Of a stretch of 64,000 bases of DNA, positions 9,108 through 22,967 are shown piece after piece. Every line of letters begins with the position of its first letter. Position 1 is the stretch's first letter. The translations under genes were made by a program, and so were the position numbers. This DNA comes from Entomortierella parvispora E1425. Lineage: Eukaryota; Fungi; Mortierellomycota. Location of the stretch: positions 558,001 through 622,000 of the forward strand of contig BQFW01000007.1 of the NCBI GenBank assembly GCA_020891255.1, written 5' to 3'. Under the pieces are notes generated by a model. It saw only the letters and a program-made list of their open reading frames with translations, did no database searches and had not been told where the DNA came from.

Positions 9108-12100
9108 TTATGCAAATGCAAATCCTGTACTGCACTCTGAGATCGCCGTCAAAAGCTGCTGGCGCAAATCTTCATACGTCTCGTATTCGGGGAGATCCAG
9201 CTGGTTAAAGCTATTCGATGCAAAAAAGAAAAAGAACACGGGGTTAGAGTCTTCATCCATATACGTCGCAGAGGGGAAAGAATACCAAAATAAAATGTTG
9301 GAATTCAAGAGAAACAACTTACCAGGTATGAGCAGAGGGCAATCGCTTTGTCGAAGAAAAGTCCTTGTGAATCTGGAACTTTTGTACACCCGAGGTGCCC
9401 TGGAGCTGTGAGAAGCCGCCAAGAGGGACTTTGGACGTGCCTGTAACAAACTGCAGCAACTTGGCTCTCTCTGTCTGATCAAAGGACCGCACTGCTCTCC
9501 AGAAGTTTTGGATCTGGGGGCTCGCCTGCGAATAGTTCTGGTACTCCGTGTTGTTCTTCCACTCGTCCACATCGATATCGGGCAGACCCGAGATCAACAG
9601 CTCCAACTCTTGTTCGTTGAAGATACTAATCAGCTGACTTGGGATGACCTCATGGAAACCCTGGAGGAACGAATGGATCTGATCCTTGATGGCGAGTGTC
9701 AACTTCTGCTCCGTGATATACTTGACGTACTCGTGCTTGTTCTCCTCCGTCACAGGAATGTTTCTTCCATTGGGCTTCAAATCCACTGTCTTTGTGTTTC
9801 CGAAATCGTCCGTCTCCACCGAAAAGGTCTCGTCCACAATGTCCGTGATATCATTATCCAGCATCCAGACCAGCGACTTGTAATACTCGGGGTCGACAGC
9901 CTCAACATCACGGTAGTCTACAGGACGTCCGAGAATATGCTTGTAGAACGATCGAGTAAAGTAAGCATCCAAGAGCCGTCCATCATAAATGGCCTTTCCA
10001 ATCACTCGTCCGATGAACTTGAAGAAGAGCAAATGATCAGGGTTGGCCCAAGATGCACGGTTGGGTTGGTAAGTCAACTTGTCCGCCGCTGAGGTCTTGA
10101 AAAGAGCGTAATCCGGCTTGAACATCTGTCGAGCCAAAACCTGGAACCACTCACGCGTCACTCCTCCGGCATCCACACCCTCCTCTCCGTGGAAGTGAAC
10201 GTTCAGTTTGCTATGCTTGATCTCCTCTCCTGTCCTTGACTGCAATTGATTGAAACTGTCAACAAACACCATCTCGCGACGGACATTCATCGTCAGCTGG
10301 CCGTAATGATCCCGAGCCGAGCTTCGCTTATGGAGCTGCTGAGTAAAGTAATTCCGCTTGTTGTCAAACTCGAGCATCTTGGGGTTGTGAACCAAAAGCG
10401 AGAACGACCCAGACATCAATGCAGGGTTATTCCGGACCATGATGTTCAAGATCTTGCTGTGCTTTTCCGTAAATTCCAAGAACAGCTCCTCGGTCGAGTT
10501 GCTCGTCGCTTTGCATTCCTCCTCCTCCATTTCGAGTGTCGATGGTCTCAATCCTACATATTTACAGACGACCATAAAAGACTCGATCAAAGGAAGCAAC
10601 ACTGTCGCAACATGGATCATGTCGCTCCGTTCGTGGATCAACTCCAAAGTCTCGCCCACCTTTGACCAAAGAGAGTGGAACGAGAGATCGTCGTAAATCT
10701 TGGTTGCCTTCTCTTCGTCCTTGTTGAGCTTTGATGCCCCGGAGTGAATGTCGCGCAGGGACCTGGGCAAGACTGCATCAGCCTCCTCAGGATCCAAGGT
10801 AGGTGCCAACTCAATGTTCACGACCTGCGCAGAGGCTGGCATGGGAGGTGCTTGCTTCCTAGAGTACATGTAGTCGATTGTCTTGAGCACTCGGAGAAGT
10901 TTGGCCTGCTTTGAGGAAGCAGGAGAGAACTTTTCAAGAGCCATGCCCTGCACTTCAACACCACTCATTGCGCTGGACAAAGTTTGAGACAGCGTGTCGA
11001 GGTTCTCCAGAATGCCGGCACCAAGATCACGGGCAGAGCGGATGAGTTCGCCTGTAATGGCCTCACGAGCTCCAGGTATCACAGACAGATTTTGGATCAC
11101 AGACAAAGTGTACTGGAAAGTCCTGCTGGAGCACTCGCCTGCGGTCAATACCCGGACAACCATTTGGACACAATGCTCGGGGATCACTGGGGGTTTCAAG
11201 GCTGGCGGTTCCGAATCGTTGGTCTTTGTATCGTCTGGGCCTTCGGTCTTGGGTGCCTCAGCCAAAGGAGCCACTGTTGAGCTTGAGGCAGTTTCTGCCG
11301 CTGGCGTGACAGTCGAATCCGGGGCAACGGGTGCTGCTGTGCCACTCTCAGTGGAAGCGGTTGCGCCAGCTGCATCTCCTGTTGCTGTTGAGGGGGCGTC
11401 TTCGACCTTGTCCTTCTTCTCTTCGGTAGCAACCTTTTCCTCAGCGTCATCCTTGGCAAGGGTGGCCAACGGACGACAAACAACAGAGAGGACCATCATC
11501 AAAAGCTCCATGAGGGCCGAGTTCTCCACAAAGGTAGGTCTCTCCAAAAGATCCAGTAAGAGCACAATGGGGTATTTGCTGGTGTTCGATACTGGCTCCT
11601 TGCCCTTGCCCTTCTTGGAAAGAGCGGGTCGCTTCATGGTAACAATCTCGTTTTCGGTCAAGAAGAAGGTCGCAGCTTGCACGTTGTAGGTAACAATATA
11701 GTACAGAGCATCCAGGGTTCGACGCGCCACAAGGTTAGGTACATTGTCCATAGCTGCAGAAGAGGGTGTCGAAAGGGTCGACGGGCCCGCTGCCGTTGCT
11801 GTTCCCTTGCCCTTGTGCGAATGTTGGGTCTTGAGAATGGGCTTGCCACGAAGAGACATTTGCGCAAAGCTCTTGTCAACAGCAGCCAAATCCGCTCCAC
11901 CGTCCTGAAGAATCGACAAAAGGAGAGAAAGCAACTCGGCGCGTGTCTTGCTGTTCTCGCACAGGTTAACCAAAAGCTTGTTGAGAATGTTCTTGGTCAG
12001 AGACTGGGGCAGGAACATCAAGCGCACAAGTGTAGCAAGAGATGACTTGTCGACAAGTTGAATGGCATCTCGTTGAACCACCGCCTTCTTGGCAGTCGTG

Positions 12101-15100
12101 CCTGCAGCTGCAGATCCAGCCGCAGAGCTCGATCCTCCGGCAGCCCCCAATCGAGCATCACGGAGTCCTTGGAAGTGTCTAGGCAGGCCCTCGAGCAATG
12201 TTGCGGTCTCGGCAGATCCTGCTCCGCGACCGCTTCCGACCTGATACAGCTGTCGCAGTTGAGGAACCAGGCGAGCGAGATTGTAATCGCTAAAGGCAGA
12301 CAGCAGAGGCTCAGATGGAGCAACACCTCCGGTCGCACCATCCTGTCCTCGCATGATCTCATCCAGTTCAGCCCGCATGTTCTGTGGCAAAGCATCCAAA
12401 AACTCTGGATTAATGGCCGAGGCAGAGGATGATGCTGGTTGTTGTGTTGTGGTGGTAGGTGGACGTTGAGCTTGCAAGTAGTCGTTGTACACTTCACGCC
12501 GCATCTCCTCTGGCAATGCCTCCAAGAACTCTGGGTCGATGTCGCTATCAGTGATATCCACCATCTCGCCGTCAATACGAACAAGACGACGAGGGGGTGC
12601 CTCGGGTTCTGCGGGAGCTTGTGGCTCTGCTGCTGGGGCAGCTTCGCCTTCAACTTCCATGGCGGTAGAGGCAGCTTCTTGCGGCGCGTTAGCCTGTGCT
12701 TCTGCAAGACGGGCCGCGGCGGCAGCCTCTTCCTCCTCCTTCTTGGCCTTTTCTGCTTCCTCTTCGGCCTTCTTCTTCTCCTCGGCAATTCTCTTTCTCT
12801 CGGCTTCGGCCTTGCGACGTTGCTCCTGCTCCTCAGCGTCCCGCAAGGTCTTGAGACGCAACTCCTCTTTAGCAAGAGGCAACAGGGCATTGACGACATG
12901 GTTGACAAGTCTCGTTGCCTTGCTCTGGGCAGTCGCGCCGTACATCATGCGGCATTCCTGAGTCCATCGCTGAGAGGTTGAGAAAGGGACAAAGTCATGA
13001 ACGATGCTGAACATGTCACCCTTGCTGCTAGAGCTAGCCTCTCCTGGCTCCTGAAGTGTAGAGGCAGAACCAGCAGCTCCACCTTGAGGGGGGGCGGTGG
13101 CAAAAGTCATGGAAGCGGGCTGAAGATGAACATGGCTGTGTCCATGGCCGTGACCGTGGATATGGCCGTGACCGTGGTTGACCTCGACTCGAATAGCTCC
13201 ACCGTTTCCTGCACGAATGGCGCCTCCGTTCAACAATGTACCAATGAAATGAGAAGCATCGGCCCCAAAGAGCTCGTCGATCGTATGCCAATCTGCTCCA
13301 AGACTGCGGGATCCTCCTCGGCGATGACCCTCCGCCGCAGCGTTGGTGGGTGCGGCAGCTGGTTGAGCCAGCAAAGGATGAGTAATGACCTCGTCCGATA
13401 CTTGCAAGAATGGGTTTCTGGCAGGGGCTCCGAGAAGAGGGAAATCTTCGTCTTCAATGTAGGAGAACCGGCCTTGATCTGCTCCTGCATCATTCCACAA
13501 GAATCCACGATCATCGACCTGGCGACCTGCGGCTCTAGGACGACGGCCGCGAAGGTCCACCACTTGTGCACCATTCAGCAATGCACCGTCATTGATGATA
13601 AAGGCCTGGTTCATATCCCAGCGACCAGGGCGGCGAACAGGATCGAATCGCTCAGCATCCTCCATCACGACAATATCGTCGTCGTCCTCCCCATCCTCCT
13701 CGAGATCATCATCGTCCTCGTCCTCGTCGTCATCGTCGTCATCATCCTCGCCTTCGTCCATACCATCGTCGTCATTAGCATGGTTGTGATGGGCGCGGTC
13801 GTGTCCGTCGAAGTACTCCGGACCTCCAATGTGGTGGTCGTCGTCATCATCATCGTCAATGACTTCGCCAACCTCATCCTGGCGAAGGAAGATGGGTCGA
13901 GAGTTGTCGTTCCACTCCATCATTTCCTCATCGCCATCGTCATCGTGATTGAGGGCCTCTTGGAGCTCGGCCTCCATATCCTCGTCGAGGTCATCATCTT
14001 CATCGCCCTCCATATTTCCATCCTCATCCTCGTCATCGTCATCTTCATCATCAAGACCTCCGTGACTATGATGGTGGAAAGGGTTGCGGTCGACGGCCTC
14101 CTCTAGTTCATCGTCATCATCCTCGTCATCACTGAGGTCCTCCTCCGAGAGGTCACTGGCATCACTTGCAGTTTCCTCCTCGTATTCCTCGCCCTCAAAC
14201 ATATCTTCGTCACCGGATGAATCGCCAGACTCGCCGTCTTCCTCCGATTCAATGTTGGCGCCATCGAACATGCCCAGAGACGAGTTTCGATACAGATCTG
14301 GAGCATCGTCTCCTGATCCAGCGCCGCTTCCGGTTCCTGAGAGGGGTGTAGATTGACGACGGGCCTTGACTGCGCTAGGATCCGCAGCTCTACTCATCTT
14401 CAGTGACAACTTGGTGAGGTGTTCCAGAGGCTTCAATACGGCGTTGACTAGAACCCTGGCGTGAGGGTAGTTAAGGTCAATGTCGGAAATCACGTTGGTG
14501 AGAACCATGATGAAGTTCTTTTCCAACATGACCTTGACAATATTGATTGACATGTCCTCGTTGGGTTTAGCGGTAGCTCCGGCCTGAGAGGAAGCGCCGA
14601 GAATTTTGTAGCTCAACTCTGAGAGCGACAGGAATCGTCCGTACTTCAGTTCCACAGGCTCTGTTGATCCGACAGCATCCTTGAATGAGCGAATGATGCC
14701 GTCAATGACAAAGCGGCGGACTTGAACAATCTCACTGACAGGTTTTTGCTCCTCTTCCTCGTCACTATTAGAGCACATTGCGACAAGTACTGACGAGGCA
14801 AAGTTGGATTCGATAGAGTGCTTCCGCAGTTCGGCATCGCTGGACTGTGCCACAGTTCCACGGTAAGGAATAAGATCGTTCAGAAGATAGCTGAGCCAGT
14901 TGGTTCTTGGCTTGCTGGCGACCGCAGAATCTTTTCCTCCCTTTCTGCGCGAGTAATTCATCAAGTCCATCTTACAAGATGGGTACGAGATCAACAGTTC
15001 GTTCAAGCACTGCAACAGGAAGCACCGATGCACAAAGTTGGTATCATGAGGCACTGGTTCTGCCGCAGGAGTCGGCTTTTCTGTCGTCGATGAGTCTCCA

Positions 15101-18100
15101 GCAGGTGAGCTCGAAGTAGAGGCGGGAAGTGCTGCAGGTGTATCGGCTGCTGGGGTACCAGAAACGCTAGGAGTACTGATCAGAGCTGGGGAGCGAATCT
15201 TGAGAAGTTCCGAGACCAGATAATGGACCACAGTCTCAGAGATCTCCGAAGAGTACTTCTTGGAGGCATCCGTGATGGGCTTTGCTGCAGCAGTAGCAGC
15301 AGCTAAGGCAGAAGCCGCGGCTGAATCACTTGAAGCATCCTTTGTAGTTAAAGACTCTTTGTCCTTGTCGTCATCCTTGGGGGCTCCTCCTTCTGTTTCG
15401 GCAGTAGCCTCAACACTCTCTTTCGCCGCCTCGTCCTTGTTGGCATCGGGCTTGGCAGGTGTGGCGGCTTTGGCAAGAGAAAGCTGGAAGGTCCTATAAG
15501 CAGGATCGTATTTCGAGACTTTACAGGTGCTGAGTGTACCTGCAATAAAGGCATCGAGGTCTCGAAGACCCAAAAAGTTGTTATGGCGAAGATAAGCTTG
15601 AATGTCACCGGTCCTTGGTCGAGAAGGTTGAGAGAACCAGCGCACAATCTCGCGTTCCATGGTTGCCTGCAAGACCGCAGTGTCCTCAATGATGTGACGC
15701 ATGATCATGATAATGAAGCTCTGTTGTCCCTGGACGCCAATCCTCTCGGGCTTCAACGTCGAGAAGATCAAATCCAATCCATTGGCCTTCAAGAACTCCA
15801 TAGCGAGATTGTGGTGCCTTGTGAGACGCACCAAAATGCGAAGTGCTGAGAGAGCAATGACCTTGGTGAGGTCGTCCTGCTTGAGAAGCACAATACAATG
15901 CTGGAGCAAGGTCTCCTTGTCTGCGGGAGAGACAATATCCACCTTCATGGTCTTGTCGGTGTCTGCAGCCTTGGCCTTTCCTTCCGCCGTGCCTTCGTCT
16001 GGAACTTCCTTGGGCTCGTCGGTAAGAGAGAGGAAGCTCTCAATGATAAGAAGTAGCGGTGAGATCCACGCATTCTCCTTCTGGGGCAGATGACCGTTGA
16101 CCGCATCTGTCAAAATGGACATCAGCAGAGGCGCCAATGTCGCACCATGCTCCTCCAATTGAGTTTGGATGGCAACGTCTCCGAAAAGCAGTGCCAATAA
16201 TCTCAGACGGGCGCCAAAGGCCTTGCCAGCCAAGTCGTCCTTAATGTCCTGAGATTTGCTGGCAGCCTCCACCTCTTTAACGAGCTGCACCAAGACGGTG
16301 CTCTCCTTCTCCTTGCAGAGCAGAACCAACAGATCCCTGATAGAGAAAACGATCTCATCCACAAAGTCAATCAACTCCAGCGACCGCGAGACAAGAAGCG
16401 CTCTGAGAGCTTCTCTACCCTCCTTCAGCGCTTCCTTGTTTGATTCGAATTGGGCCAAGGCAGCCTTGTACTCGTCATCCTTGGGGGGTCCTGTTGAACT
16501 CGAGCTTCCGCCTTCAATGTCGATCGCTTCCTCTGCCTGCTGGGACGATGTTCCTTCCAGGGACGACGCAACTTCAGCCTCAGCAGATTCTTGAGTGTGA
16601 GGTTCGCTGGAAGACTCTCTGTCAGACATGGATACGTCCACAGCCCGCGACATCTCTAAAGCTTGTCGCAGCATCTCGTCTTCGTCATCGTCTTCGTCCT
16701 CGTCATCATCGTCGATATCGAAGTCCTCGTCCTCATCGTGGTCTTCATCGTCGTCATCTCCCTCGCTATCAGAATCGTGCTCCTCGTCATCCTCGTGGTC
16801 ATTCTCTTCGTCGTCAGATGCAACGGCAGGTTCGGGGGAGGCTGGTCTTGGAGCATTCTCCGAAGTCGTTCCTGTGCTGGAAGCGGCAGTGTCGGCGGCG
16901 GCAGGAGACCCGGCAGCAGGAGCCTCGGTGGAGGCCTCTTCCGCAGTAGTAGCAGGTGCGTCAGATGATGATGTGCCAGAAGGGGCTGTTGCTGCGGTGG
17001 CGGCAGCTTCAAGAGCTGCAGCACGAGCAGCAGCATCCTCACGCTCCTGTTCATAATGAGCTGCGGCTACGACATCAGGATGTGTGAGCAGATATTCCGT
17101 AGCTCTCTCCAGTTGATTTGCACTGCGTGTCAAGGCGTGTTCAGCAGCCGTGCGTGGGAAGCCCATGTCGAGCAATGTTGCTACGCTAGCAGCATCTGGA
17201 ACCAAAGGTCTGGCGCCAAAGATGTTGGGCGTCACTCCTCCAGTGGCAACAACGGGAGTAGGAGTCGCAGCTACAGGAGGCTTGGTTTCACCTCCAGCCT
17301 TGAGAATGTTGATGACAGTCTGAATTAATTTCCGGACAAGGGAAGTTGGGCACTTGTTCAGCTCCTTGTCTACCCAGAGCTTTTGAATGCGCTCCAGGAC
17401 GGAAAGTCGCACTTCAACGATAAACTCGTAAGGATTGAAGAAACCCTCGCCTCTGTTCTTGTCATCCTTGGTCGTGAGAGGGCCAGTGTTGGGCGATTCT
17501 TGAAGCAACGAAGAGGATGTGAGGGTTTGAAGAACGCTCAGGATGACTTCGATCGAGGCAAAGGCGCTCGCCAAATTCTCCTTCTGAGTGCCTTCCAGGA
17601 CCTTTCCAGACGACTGAAGTGCAGATGCTTCCGACCAAAGGGAGTCCAGAGTTGAATAGAGTGTGTCCAAGCCCCCTACTCTTACAAAAGCCACAACCAC
17701 GGTAGTTTGCAAGGCAGCTGGATTGCGATCGTCCAAAAACAGGAACGGCAGTAACTGGAGCATCGTGTTCAGATAGGTATGTCTGTCGCTATCTTCTGCT
17801 TTGACTGTAAAAGGGGTGAGGTATTCATTGATTAGTAAACATCGCTGGCAATTCAACAAAAAAAGAAAAGAATAGAAAAAAAGAAGACTTACGGATTCTG
17901 GTTACAGTGATATGAGACTGCAAAACCTTTGACAGCGAATCCGCAATCTTGAAAGCATTGATTCGGTGGGAGGCTTCCACTTCGCGACGGCTGTACAGCA
18001 GTTTTGTAATGCCTATAGAAACAAAATTTTGTAAATGCCATGGAGCCACCAAAGTCTGATGACACAAAATACTGAACTCGCCAATTACCTTGATACATTG

Positions 18101-21100
18101 GAGTAATGTAGTGGGGGATCTGGGTCAAAACAAACTTGAAGTACTTGATGTTGATGGCGCTTGGTGAATACATGTCTATGGTTGGAAGAGCAGTCTTCAT
18201 CTCCTCGCTCTCCCCTGCCGGCTCTTCATAGTACTCAAGAACAGTTCCTGGAACCAACATAGGGCTCATAGTCTTCTTGACCTTAGGGTTGGGGTCGTTC
18301 CAGTTTGAGCGCAAAGTGCGTTTAAGGGCGATACATTCCCAAACACACATTCTACAAAACAGGGGTAGGTTCAAGGTCAGCATGATGAATCTTGGCTCAG
18401 AATGTACCATATGCATCAAAAACTTCCGTCTCAATCACTAACCTGTGAAGTTGTCCTAGTCCTGACAAGGCCTGATCACCCTGCGCCTTTACAAATGCCG
18501 CCAATACAGATCCAGAATTTCGTCCGTGAGCAAAGGCTGGAGCACAATACATGTCAGAGAGCAATCCGCTGAGGGCATGGAGATTGATCAAAGCTCTAAG
18601 GATGGTGTTTCCACGCTCAATATCTTCCTCGCTTGAATCTACAGTTTTCAATAGAAGTCAATACCAAGGTTGCAATCATCAAAATCGCATTCTCCATGGG
18701 AAAGCAAAAAGGCCTTACTTGAAATATCAATATACTGAGCCAAATCCGAGCCAGGGTTTTCACTCTCCAGCAACGGCTTGACCACCAAGAGCAGCTTGTT
18801 AACATCATTGACAACTGCAACCATCGCCGCGCCTGGATTCGATTCGCTCAGGAGCTTGAGCAAATGTGACAACGTGAAGAAAGCAGAAGTGTTGGCAAGA
18901 TCGTACGGAAGAGTCGGAAGAGAGTAAAACTTCATTAAGAGCTCGATTCCGTTGCCCTTCAAAAAATCTTTTGCATTGGCTGTGTTTTGGAAAAAGCTCT
19001 CGCAGAACTAATCAAAAGACAAAAAGGTGAGCTTCAAGAATCATGGAAGCATGTCAAAGTAGGTATTATCCATCTCAAATATCTTACTCGTGCAGCTCCT
19101 TCTACAAGTTGAGCAACAAGACAGTCTTTCCGGTCGTCTTTGTTAAGATCCTCTTCAACCACCACGCCCAGGGCAGGAGCGTCAGCGGCACGAGTCTTTT
19201 GAAGAGAGCACAAAGCTTTGTCGGCGTCTGAGATTTCATCAGGTCCACACATCTTCAGGACCTTCTTCAACATGGCCACAATCTCGTCCATGACGGTTGC
19301 CTTCAGAGTGGGCTGATGGCGCACTAGTTCGTCCATGGAAATACCCAAAGTGGACGCGACATCATTGTCCTGGAATGCTCGGACGTGAGGCAAGGATGTG
19401 AAGATATCAAAGAACTTTTTGAACTGAAAATCTTTGGTAATCATCTCCAATCCTGCGGCGTTGAGACACATAGCCCCGAAAGCTCCTGGGAGATTGATAG
19501 CGACATCGGTCGAAGCTGGAATGTCCTTTGACAAGCTGGCAAGTAGTGTCTGTGGAATTTTCGCCTCTTGCAAGATAGAAAGGGAAGTCGGCTCATTGTG
19601 GATAAAAGAGGTCATCGTGTTGATTGCTAAATCAGCATGTAAAGAAGCAGGGGTCAGAACGTGGGGGAAAAGATGACTCCCATATATGAGGGAATTATAA
19701 ACTGAAATTTCATACCATGGGCGTAAACAGAGGTTCCGAGACTTGATGGGTTTTCCATGACGTCCTTCAAAGTGCCGGGAAGCGATGTGTCGATCAAATT
19801 GCGAAGTCCTTCCTGTGTTCCAGGGCTCTGCATCATGTGAATAACAAACTTAAACATCGCCTTCAACAATGCAGTCTTTTCGAATGGAATAGGCGACTCT
19901 TCCTCTAAGGGAGAGCAAATGAGAAATAAAATCGTAAAAGTAAGTAAAAGAGTTTTTTTCCGCAACCTCGTTCTTTGTCGGATATCTGCGCGTACCTTTG
20001 GGAGCATCGCCTGCGGTTGTCACACCAGACATTTGCGTTGCCTCCGCCTGCTTCACAAGTTTGAGCGAGTCATCAACCTCTTCCTTGATTCTAGCCACGA
20101 GAGAGGCAAGTCCGGCTGAATTGCAGAATGAGGTAAATGCCGAACTAAAACCATACACCAGACTGTCCAAGATAGAAACGCTCTTGGTAACGTTCTAACA
20201 GGTCAAAATAATGGTCAGATATAAATTTCATGTTTTGCGATATGATACGCACATCGAAATTAACAATGTGTTTGAATTCTTACCTTTAACTGAGAAGCAT
20301 GTTTGTTGGAGAGCAACTGCAGCAAGACCGGAACAAGACCGGCAGAGATGACCATGTTGCCTCCAGTCTGAGAACTGATGATGTATGACACAAATATGAA
20401 CAGTGAGTCCACGAATTCCTGGGGGTATAGAACTAGAAAATGAAATAGTAACAAAATGCTGTTAATATATGAAAACCAAACACAGCTGTGATATCAGTAA
20501 TATGATAAAAAAAACATATCATACCATTTTCAGAGTCCAATCCCGAGACTACTTTTCGGAGTGCATAAAGAAGAACTCCATGACTAGCGGAAGCGTTGAT
20601 TGCAGTCAACACATCCAGCTGTTTGTTCCTCAAATGAGCCAATCCATCAAGAGCAAAAAGTGCCACCGTTTGCAGATCCTAAACGATTGGAAATCAAGGT
20701 TAGAATTGATCCCAATTGAACTAAGTCACAACCGAGCAAGTATCCATCACTTACGTATGGCACTTTGTGGTCAGGGTGGATGAGATCAGTTAGGCTCTGA
20801 ATAATCTCTGGCTCGAACACGAAAAACTTTTCGACCACAATAGCCTCGGAAAGAACATGCGACATCACGGCGATGGCCAGGACGCGAATGGTCAGAAGAC
20901 GGTGCCGACTAGCGGGATCGCTGATGCCAGTTGCAATTCTAATCCTGCACAACAATTGAAATTGCTGCTCCTCGGGAATCTTGTATTCCTTGATAAGATG
21001 TTCAAGAATTTGATAATCTGTTGCGCCGAGCTGCTTCACATTTGCAGAATGAACCACAACAACGCCCTCGCTTGCAGTTGCGGTTGCGGTGTGGGTGGTC

Positions 21101-22578
21101 GTTGCAGCATGGGACGATCCAGAGCTAGATGCGCGCCTCTGCTTTGCTGGAGCGGGTGGGGCAAGATTCTCACTTGTGGTTGAGCTGCTGGCAGCGTCTG
21201 TAGAAGTGGATTGAGCCGATGTTGTGGAATCAGTGGTTGCTGGCTTTGAAATTGATATCGTCCTGTAAAACTGGAAGTTGAGTTCCGTGAGGGCTTCTGG
21301 GATGTCAACATTATCCATAGCCAACTGCTGAAGATCCAATCCTAGTTCCCTGTTTCCCCACGAATGAGCCAAAGCCAGAAGTCGATCCGGCGAAACAGTG
21401 AATATAGAGCGTGCAGACCGCTGCGCACTATGGCGCTGTGCTGGGCGTAGGAGCAGACGCAGACAGGCCTCCAGAACGTCCAGGTCACGTGCATGGAGCA
21501 GATCGTTGAGTTGCTGTGTTTGAAAGCGTAGAACGGAAAGGGTCTGATCAGCAAACAAAAGATCCCAAACGAAGGCGAAGCAGTTTGAAGACTTTTTTTC
21601 ATCCCAGCCAGTCGACTGACATTGCCGCAGTATCCACTGGTGATGCCGGTTCCTAAGAAAAAGATACTTACCTCATAAGAAGCATACAAATTGCGGTTTG
21701 TACAGCTCTCCAGCAACAGTCTTGAAAAGTTGATGATCGCCAGGGTTAAGGCTCGAGTCTCGGAAGAGAACTCCTTTGGCTGGGGCTTCTTCATCTCATG
21801 CGCTTTGCAGATATTGTCCAGAATCTCATCAAATCGGTTGAGCACGCCCACCCAGTGAAAGAGGTCGCCTCGGGGCCAGATCCAGTCAGGGGTGGCCTCA
21901 ACATGCTTGGCAATCTCAGACTCGGGGCATTCCTTCAAAGAAGAGATTAGGTTCCTGACAGCCAGTGGCTATTCTCGGTCAAACAGAAGAAACCAAACCA
22001 GGCCTTTGTTAGTGCATTCTCTTTGGGTAGAACAGTAAAGAATTTTTGTTGGTAGCACGTAATCCCGCAGCGCCTTTGCTTCTAGAGTGTGTATCCACGG
22101 GCTATGTCCCTTTGTTGCAAAGTGCACAATGAAGAAATGGTGCCTCTCTTTTGATGCTCAAGTGACATGCATGCTGCCCTCGTTTGTGATTCAGTGAACT
22201 CCTGACTGCTTTGCCTTCATGTCCTGATTAACAACTTCCAGGCACAGGCATTTTAGTCCAAGCCCCTTCTTCCCACGATGCCTTGAACAGGGTCGAATCC
22301 GCCTTTCTGATACAAGACGACATTATACTGCTCCAACAGGCCTTCAAAGCCGTCAGCAGAAGAGATAATGGCCACCCCGACAATATATGACATGACAATG
22401 ATGTCATGTCCATTTCTTGCTCCATGAAAGTGATGCGCCCCCTATGCCCATTTGGTCCATCGGTCTGCTCTGACTGGCTTCTAGAGGAATAAAGAGTGGA
22501 CGTGCGGGTGTAGTGTGCGAAGGAAAGAGCCCTTACCGGTACCGCCAGCTTCTTGACTGGGGTCTTTTTAATCTTCAT
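9108..22578 (-). CDS. TOM1: Giant HECT E3 ubiquitin ligase TOM1/HUWE1/Ptr1, multi-exon
   Basis: Exon 1 MKIKKTPVKKLAVP (donor GTAAGG) splices to PLAVRNLISSLKECPE...WPRGDLFHWVGVLNRFD (DUF908-type region). UBA domain (LLDMGFPRTAAEHAL), UBMs (IDPEFLEALPEEMRREV) and acidic tract follow. C-terminal HECT: GEEGVDAGGVTREWF, LLQFVTGTSKVP, PSAHT-C-FNQLDLP ending GFAFA. Confidence 0.97.
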
Positions 22579-22967
22579 TCGGTCACCTCCAGCCGATTAA
22601 AATGAACAAGGACTCGGTAGCAGTAGATAGGCCGAAAACAGAAGAGACAAGACACACAAAAAACACACGGTGCAGGAAAGGGGAGAAAGAGTAAAGTATT
22701 TGCAGGTGAACTTGACTCGAAAAAGGTGAAAAAAGGAACAAAGAAACAAGGTCCGTGTGGGAGAGTGCAAGAGTGGCGAACAAAGAAGAAAGCTGTGACC
22801 ATCACACAGAACAGAGGACGCGTGGATTTGAATTTGAAGCCACTGCTCTCGGACAAAGCAGCCTGGAATTCTATACCCTTAATTGCCCATTGGCACAAGA
22901 ATGAAAGGAGGTATGTATCTATGTCTGTTTGTATCCGATTTTATTAAGGCGACAACTCGCATGCACT

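Noticed and set aside
9508-16968. Many plus-strand ORFs (e.g. 12997-14106, 369 aa) within TOM1
   Set aside because: Antisense shadows of acidic or low-complexity coding sequence with no domain signal.
22389-22410. Perfect 9-bp hairpin GACATGACA-ATGA-TGTCATGTC in TOM1 intron 1
   Set aside because: Isolated, with no accompanying snoRNA boxes or repeat context; plausible by chance in 64 kb.
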